Notes under the pieces: generated by a model
What the model saw: the letters and a program-made list of their open reading frames with translations, nothing else
Told to the model about the DNA's origin: nothing
Databases searched by the model: none
Assembly (NCBI RefSeq): GCF_016592615.1
Contig: NZ_AP013043.1
Coordinates: forward strand, 1,140,001-1,172,000
Direction: 5' to 3'
DNA length: 32,000 nt
Origin: Isorropodon fossajaponicum endosymbiont JTNG4
GTDB taxonomy: Bacteria > Pseudomonadota > Gammaproteobacteria > PS1 > Pseudothioglobaceae
Program-made: the position numbers and the translations under genes
Shown: piece after piece, positions 28,585-32,000 of the stretch
Position numbering within the stretch: the stretch's first letter is position 1
How the letters are laid out: each line of letters begins with the position of its first letter

Positions 28585-29462
28585 TTTCTATTTTTCAATT
28601 TATCTCGTTGGGCTTGTTCAATTAGCAGTATTTCACTATCTTTAAAATTCAGTGCTTTGTAAGTAGCATTTAAATCTCTTACTAATTTCTGAAGCCCTTG
28701 AGGTTCTAATGATGCAGCATGGTCTGTACCTTTCCATGTCCTATCTTTGGTAAAATGCCTCTCTATCCATCTTGCCCCTAAAGTATAAGCAGCAATATCC
28801 AAGGCAACCCCTAAATGATGACCAGAAAAACCTATTTGATTTACTCTGTTTCCATAATTATCATATAACCAGTTAATCTCAAGTAATGCAACATCCTCAG
28901 CAGGAACAGGATATCCAGAAGTGCAAGAATAAATTAATAATCTTGATTTTGCTTGGTTTGTTTGTTCAAAGAACTGAACAATTTCCTCAATTTCGTCTTT
29001 TGTTGTCATGCCGACCGACAACTGAACCTGCCCTGTAAAATCGTCTCTAAGCACCTTCAACATATCAAAATTATTATTGCAAGCCGAAGGAACTTTTAAA
29101 AACTCAGGTTCAAGAGTTATCATTTCTTTTGCAGAAGTAACATCCCACATTGAGGCGCTATAAATCATGCCGATATTATCACAATACTCTTTCAACTCTT
29201 TATTTTGAGCCACATTAAATTCTAAAAATTCTCTATGCTCTCCATAGGTCTCACCATACGAATTATGCGCTACAGGATGTTTTGCTTCGTATTGCTCTTT
29301 GGTTAATAATTCCTTATTATTTCGTTTTTGAAATTTAACATATTTAGCGCCAGACTCTTTTGCTAAATCAATTAATTCTTTGGCAATCTTTATGTTACCC
29401 ATATGATTACAGCCTATTTCAGCTATTACTTTGGGTTCTTGATAGTTATGGTTAAATGGCAT
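28581..29462 (-). CDS. neuB: NeuB-family nonulosonate synthase, NANS-like (9-phosphate type), lacking the SAF/AFP domain
   Basis: The start is set at the ATG 29462 (AGGAG 7 nt upstream), giving 293 aa. Motifs are IAEIGCNHMG and KFQK. AHNSYGETYGEHREFLEF resembles human NANS SKHSWGKTYGEHKRHLEF. CTSGYPVPAEDV and GFSGHHLG are present, and ERHFTKDRTWKGTDHAASLEP resembles NANS ERHITLDKTWKGSDHSASLEP. The protein ends where NANS and NeuB begin their C-terminal SAF/antifreeze-like domain. Confidence 0.8.
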   Translation of the reverse strand: MPFNHNYQEPKVIAEIGCNHMGNIKIAKELIDLAKESGAKYVKFQKRNNKELLTKEQYEAKHPVAHNSYGETYGEHREFLEFNVAQNKELKEYCDNIGMIYSASMWDVTSAKEMITLEPEFLKVPSACNNNFDMLKVLRDDFTGQVQLSVGMTTKDEIEEIVQFFEQTNQAKSRLLIYSCTSGYPVPAEDVALLEINWLYDNYGNRVNQIGFSGHHLGVALDIAAYTLGARWIERHFTKDRTWKGTDHAASLEPQGLQKLVRDLNATYKALNFKDSEILLIEQAQRDKLKNRK

Positions 29463-29487
29463 ATTTACTCCTATTTTAAGTTTAAAT

Positions 29488-29515
29488 AGAGATTGTCTAA
29501 AACTTTCCAATCTCT
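29488..29515. promoter_or_regulatory. 8-bp inverted repeat in the neuB 5' leader
   Basis: agagattg-N12-caatctct lies 26-53 nt upstream of the neuB ATG. It could be an operator or an mRNA hairpin; its function is unknown. Confidence 0.3.
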
Positions 29516-29606
29516 TTTGTACGTGAATAGTTATCTCCAATATGAATAATAATATCATAAAAATAATTATTCACTTTATTACAATACTTATCCCTATATT
29601 TTTTTT

Positions 29607-29705
29607 TCATAATCCTTCATTCCGTTTCTTTTCTATTATCTCTATTTCGTCATCTGTAAAATTATGCTCTTTAAACCAATCAATGCCATAAGGAGTGTCA
29701 TATTG
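29607..29705 (-). pseudogene. 3' remnant (33 codons) of a gene cut off by the type-B IS
   Basis: ...QYDTPYGIDWFKEHNFTDDEIEIIEKKRNEGL*. The rest of ORF-track call 29607-29798 is IS-end sequence. Confidence 0.45.
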
Positions 29706-29949
29706 TAATACCCCAATTTTCCATACAACTCTAAAGTAGAGGCTTGACTTGTTTACAGTCATCTTATCACGCCACCTTTGCCCTAGGTGGTATGCCACCT
29801 AGGGCAAAGTGCGGTCGTTCGTTATTATAAACCCATAACCACTGTGTGGTTGCATCTTGTGCTTGCTCAACAGAATCAAACAAATGCAGATCTAAACACT
29901 CTTGTCTTACTGTACGGTTAAATCTCTCAATGTAGGCATTTTGAGTTGG
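29706..29949 (-). mobile_element. 3' fragment of type-B IS (second copy of 7189-7433)
   Basis: It appears by eye to be the exact reverse complement of 7189-7433, including the 15-bp palindrome, and has the same junction with the type-A left end. Confidence 0.85.
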
Positions 29950-30014
29950 TGCAATAGTCTAATTTTATTGGACACAAAGATAGCCTTATAATACAAACCA
30001 TAAGGAGGTCAGTA

Positions 30015-30365
30015 ATGACACAATATAAATCAAGAAAACAACGAGTGACTTTTACCGTTGAACATTCTGTTCAATACCCCCTTGAGGGGGAAACACTAGA
30101 TTATGCCAAACTCATGGTGCATGAGAATTACACCAATAAAAAAATCATGATAATATCAGGAGCTTGCTCCTCAGCAGTTAGCAGATGGAGAAAACAATAC
30201 CTAGCAGAGCTTGGTGGACAAACACCAGAGTCAGGCAAAGCGCTGACTTCTGAACAACAAACAATACAACTGCTTGAGAAACAACTTTGGCGCGCACAAA
30301 GGGACAATGAAATCTTAAAAAAGGCAACAGCCTTGTTCGCTGTGGACAATCACCAAGTGATATGA
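30015..30365 (+). CDS. type-A IS orfA, the only intact copy (116 aa, A7 at 30138-30144)
   Basis: MTQYKSRKQRVTFTVEHSVQYPLEGETLDYAKLMVHENYTNKKIMIISGACSSAVSRWRKQYLAELGG...LEKQLWRAQRDNEILKKATALFAVDNHQVI. This shows the typical IS3 OrfA HTH, a leucine-zipper-like segment, and a slippery site near the end. Confidence 0.8.
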   Translation: MTQYKSRKQRVTFTVEHSVQYPLEGETLDYAKLMVHENYTNKKIMIISGACSSAVSRWRKQYLAELGGQTPESGKALTSEQQTIQLLEKQLWRAQRDNEILKKATALFAVDNHQVI

Positions 30366-30490
30366 TTATCAAGATAAACAAGGCTTGCCAACAATACAAT
30401 ACTAAAGAATTATGAGCATTACTCAAACTTCCTCGCAGTAGTTATTACTATCAAGTCAAAGATAAGCGAGTAAACAACAACACCAACGCT

Positions 30491-31176
30491 ATGATTAAAT
30501 TAATCAAACAAACTGCTATTGAAGTTGGATACACCTATGGCAAACGCAGAATGCGGGTAGTTTTGAATAACCAAGGTTATAACATTGGTATTTACCAAAC
30601 TGCAACGCTAATGAAAAAAGCCAATGTAGTTGCCATACGCCCAAGAAAGCGTCATTATTACCCTAATACTAGATTGATGTTTAAAAAGGCAAAAAACCTA
30701 TTAAATCGTGTGTTTGAGCAGCAATCAATTAATACGCATTGGGTTGGTGATATTACCTATATCAAAACCTATCAAGGTGGGAGTTATTTAGCCAGTGTGT
30801 TGGATTTAGGCTCAAGACAAGTTGTTGGTTGGGCATTGTCAAAACAGCCTAATGCTCAGTTGGCAAAGGATGCGCTTAGTAATGCTGTGTCTAGACACCA
30901 GCCCAATACAAATAAACACATGTTTCACTCTGATCAAGGGACTCAATACTCTTCTAAAGTTTTTATTGATTATTGCAACAAGAACAACATTACTCAAAGC
31001 ATGAGCAGGCGAGGTAATTGTTGGGATAATGCGGTCATGGAGCGTTTCTTTAGAAGTCTGAAGACTGAGAGATTAAATTATCAAAGTTTTGCAAATCATA
31101 GTGAAGTCGTGCAAAATGTAGAGGGTTATATCTACTTGTATAATTACAAAAGGATTCATTCAGCGATTGGGTATTT
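30491..31176 (+). pseudogene. type-A IS orfB, 3'-truncated
   Basis: Identical to copy 2 orfB up to ...[10 protein letters not shown]. The ORF then runs into unrelated flanking DNA. Confidence 0.8.
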
Positions 31177-31311
31177 GGCTTGCTACACGCTTTAGTTTCT
31201 CGTCCATGGAACTTAATTGGCGGGCATAGTGTTTCTGCTGCAGTAGGTGTTGCTTGTTTTTATTTGATTGCTGATATCAATTGCCATCCCACCAAATTAA
31301 GCCATTATTAG
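31177..31311 (+). pseudogene. possible 3' remnant of a membrane-protein gene abutting the truncated IS
   Basis: Open frame GLLHALVSRPWNLIGGHSVSAAVGVACFYLIADINCHPTKLSHY*, ending at the hairpin at 31308-31346. There is no start codon and no recognisable family. Confidence 0.25.
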
Positions 31312-31346
31312 CAAATAGCTCATTGTGTGAACTGGCTATTTGCTAA
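31308..31346. terminator. perfect 12-bp hairpin between convergent gene ends
   Basis: ttagcaaatagc-N15-gctatttgctaa. No canonical U-tract on either strand. Confidence 0.35.
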
Positions 31347-31356
31347 AACACGTCAA

Positions 31357-32000
<644 letters not shown>

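Larger units (their letters stand above)
29950..31176 (+). mobile_element. IS3-family insertion sequence, type A, copy 3 (3'-truncated, about 73 bp and the right IR missing)
   Basis: Collinear with copy 2 from the left IR up to ...cattcagcgattgggtattt, after which the sequences diverge. The slippery site is at 30317-30323 and the in-frame TGA at 30413-30415. Confidence 0.9.

Noticed and set aside
29607-29798. 63-aa ORF MAYHLGQRWRDKMTVNKSS...
   Set aside because: It is a chimera. The first ~30 codons are type-B IS terminal sequence and only the last 33 codons are flanking-gene remnant.

Overview
This is an AT-rich gammaproteobacterial chromosome segment with no rRNA genes and no CRISPR array. 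It holds three kinds of content.

(1) Conserved housekeeping blocks. These are GST, an ArsC-like gene, a TlpA-like gene and epmB at 0.3-2.8 kb; pepP-trpD-orn-ispE-tRNA-Gln-prs-rpoD-tRNA-Ile2(CAU)-cysQ followed by nadC-lpxB-yhbY-lysA-lptM-aat at 9.9-21.7 kb; and a partial rhlE-like helicase at the right edge.

(2) Two IS-scarred accessory regions (5.3-9.0 kb and 21.8-31.6 kb). They contain three near-identical copies of a 1.3-kb IS3-family element ('type A'), three fragments of a second, decayed IS3/IS407-like element ('type B'), a prophage or integrative-element remnant (two HTH modules, the second AlpA-like), and many broken genes.

(3) One intact accessory module at 26.56-29.46 kb. It is a three-gene nonulosonic-acid (sialic acid/KDN) island that appears to use the animal/Bacteroidetes-type 9-phosphate route: a NANS-like synthase, a CMP-synthetase fused to a KdsC-type HAD phosphatase, and a GT42-like transferase. 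It is bracketed by directly repeated type-A IS copies.

The second notable feature is gene decay in core functions. uvrD carries four lesions, rlmH three and rsmE one, and most accessory genes are broken. The lesions are mainly 1-bp shifts at A/T runs plus nonsense substitutions. None of the IS copies has target-site duplications and their flanks are chimeric, which points to IS-mediated recombination. A 1.47-kb inverted repeat pair brackets 22 kb of core genes.

All homology calls come from reading the translations against remembered family motifs. No searches were run.
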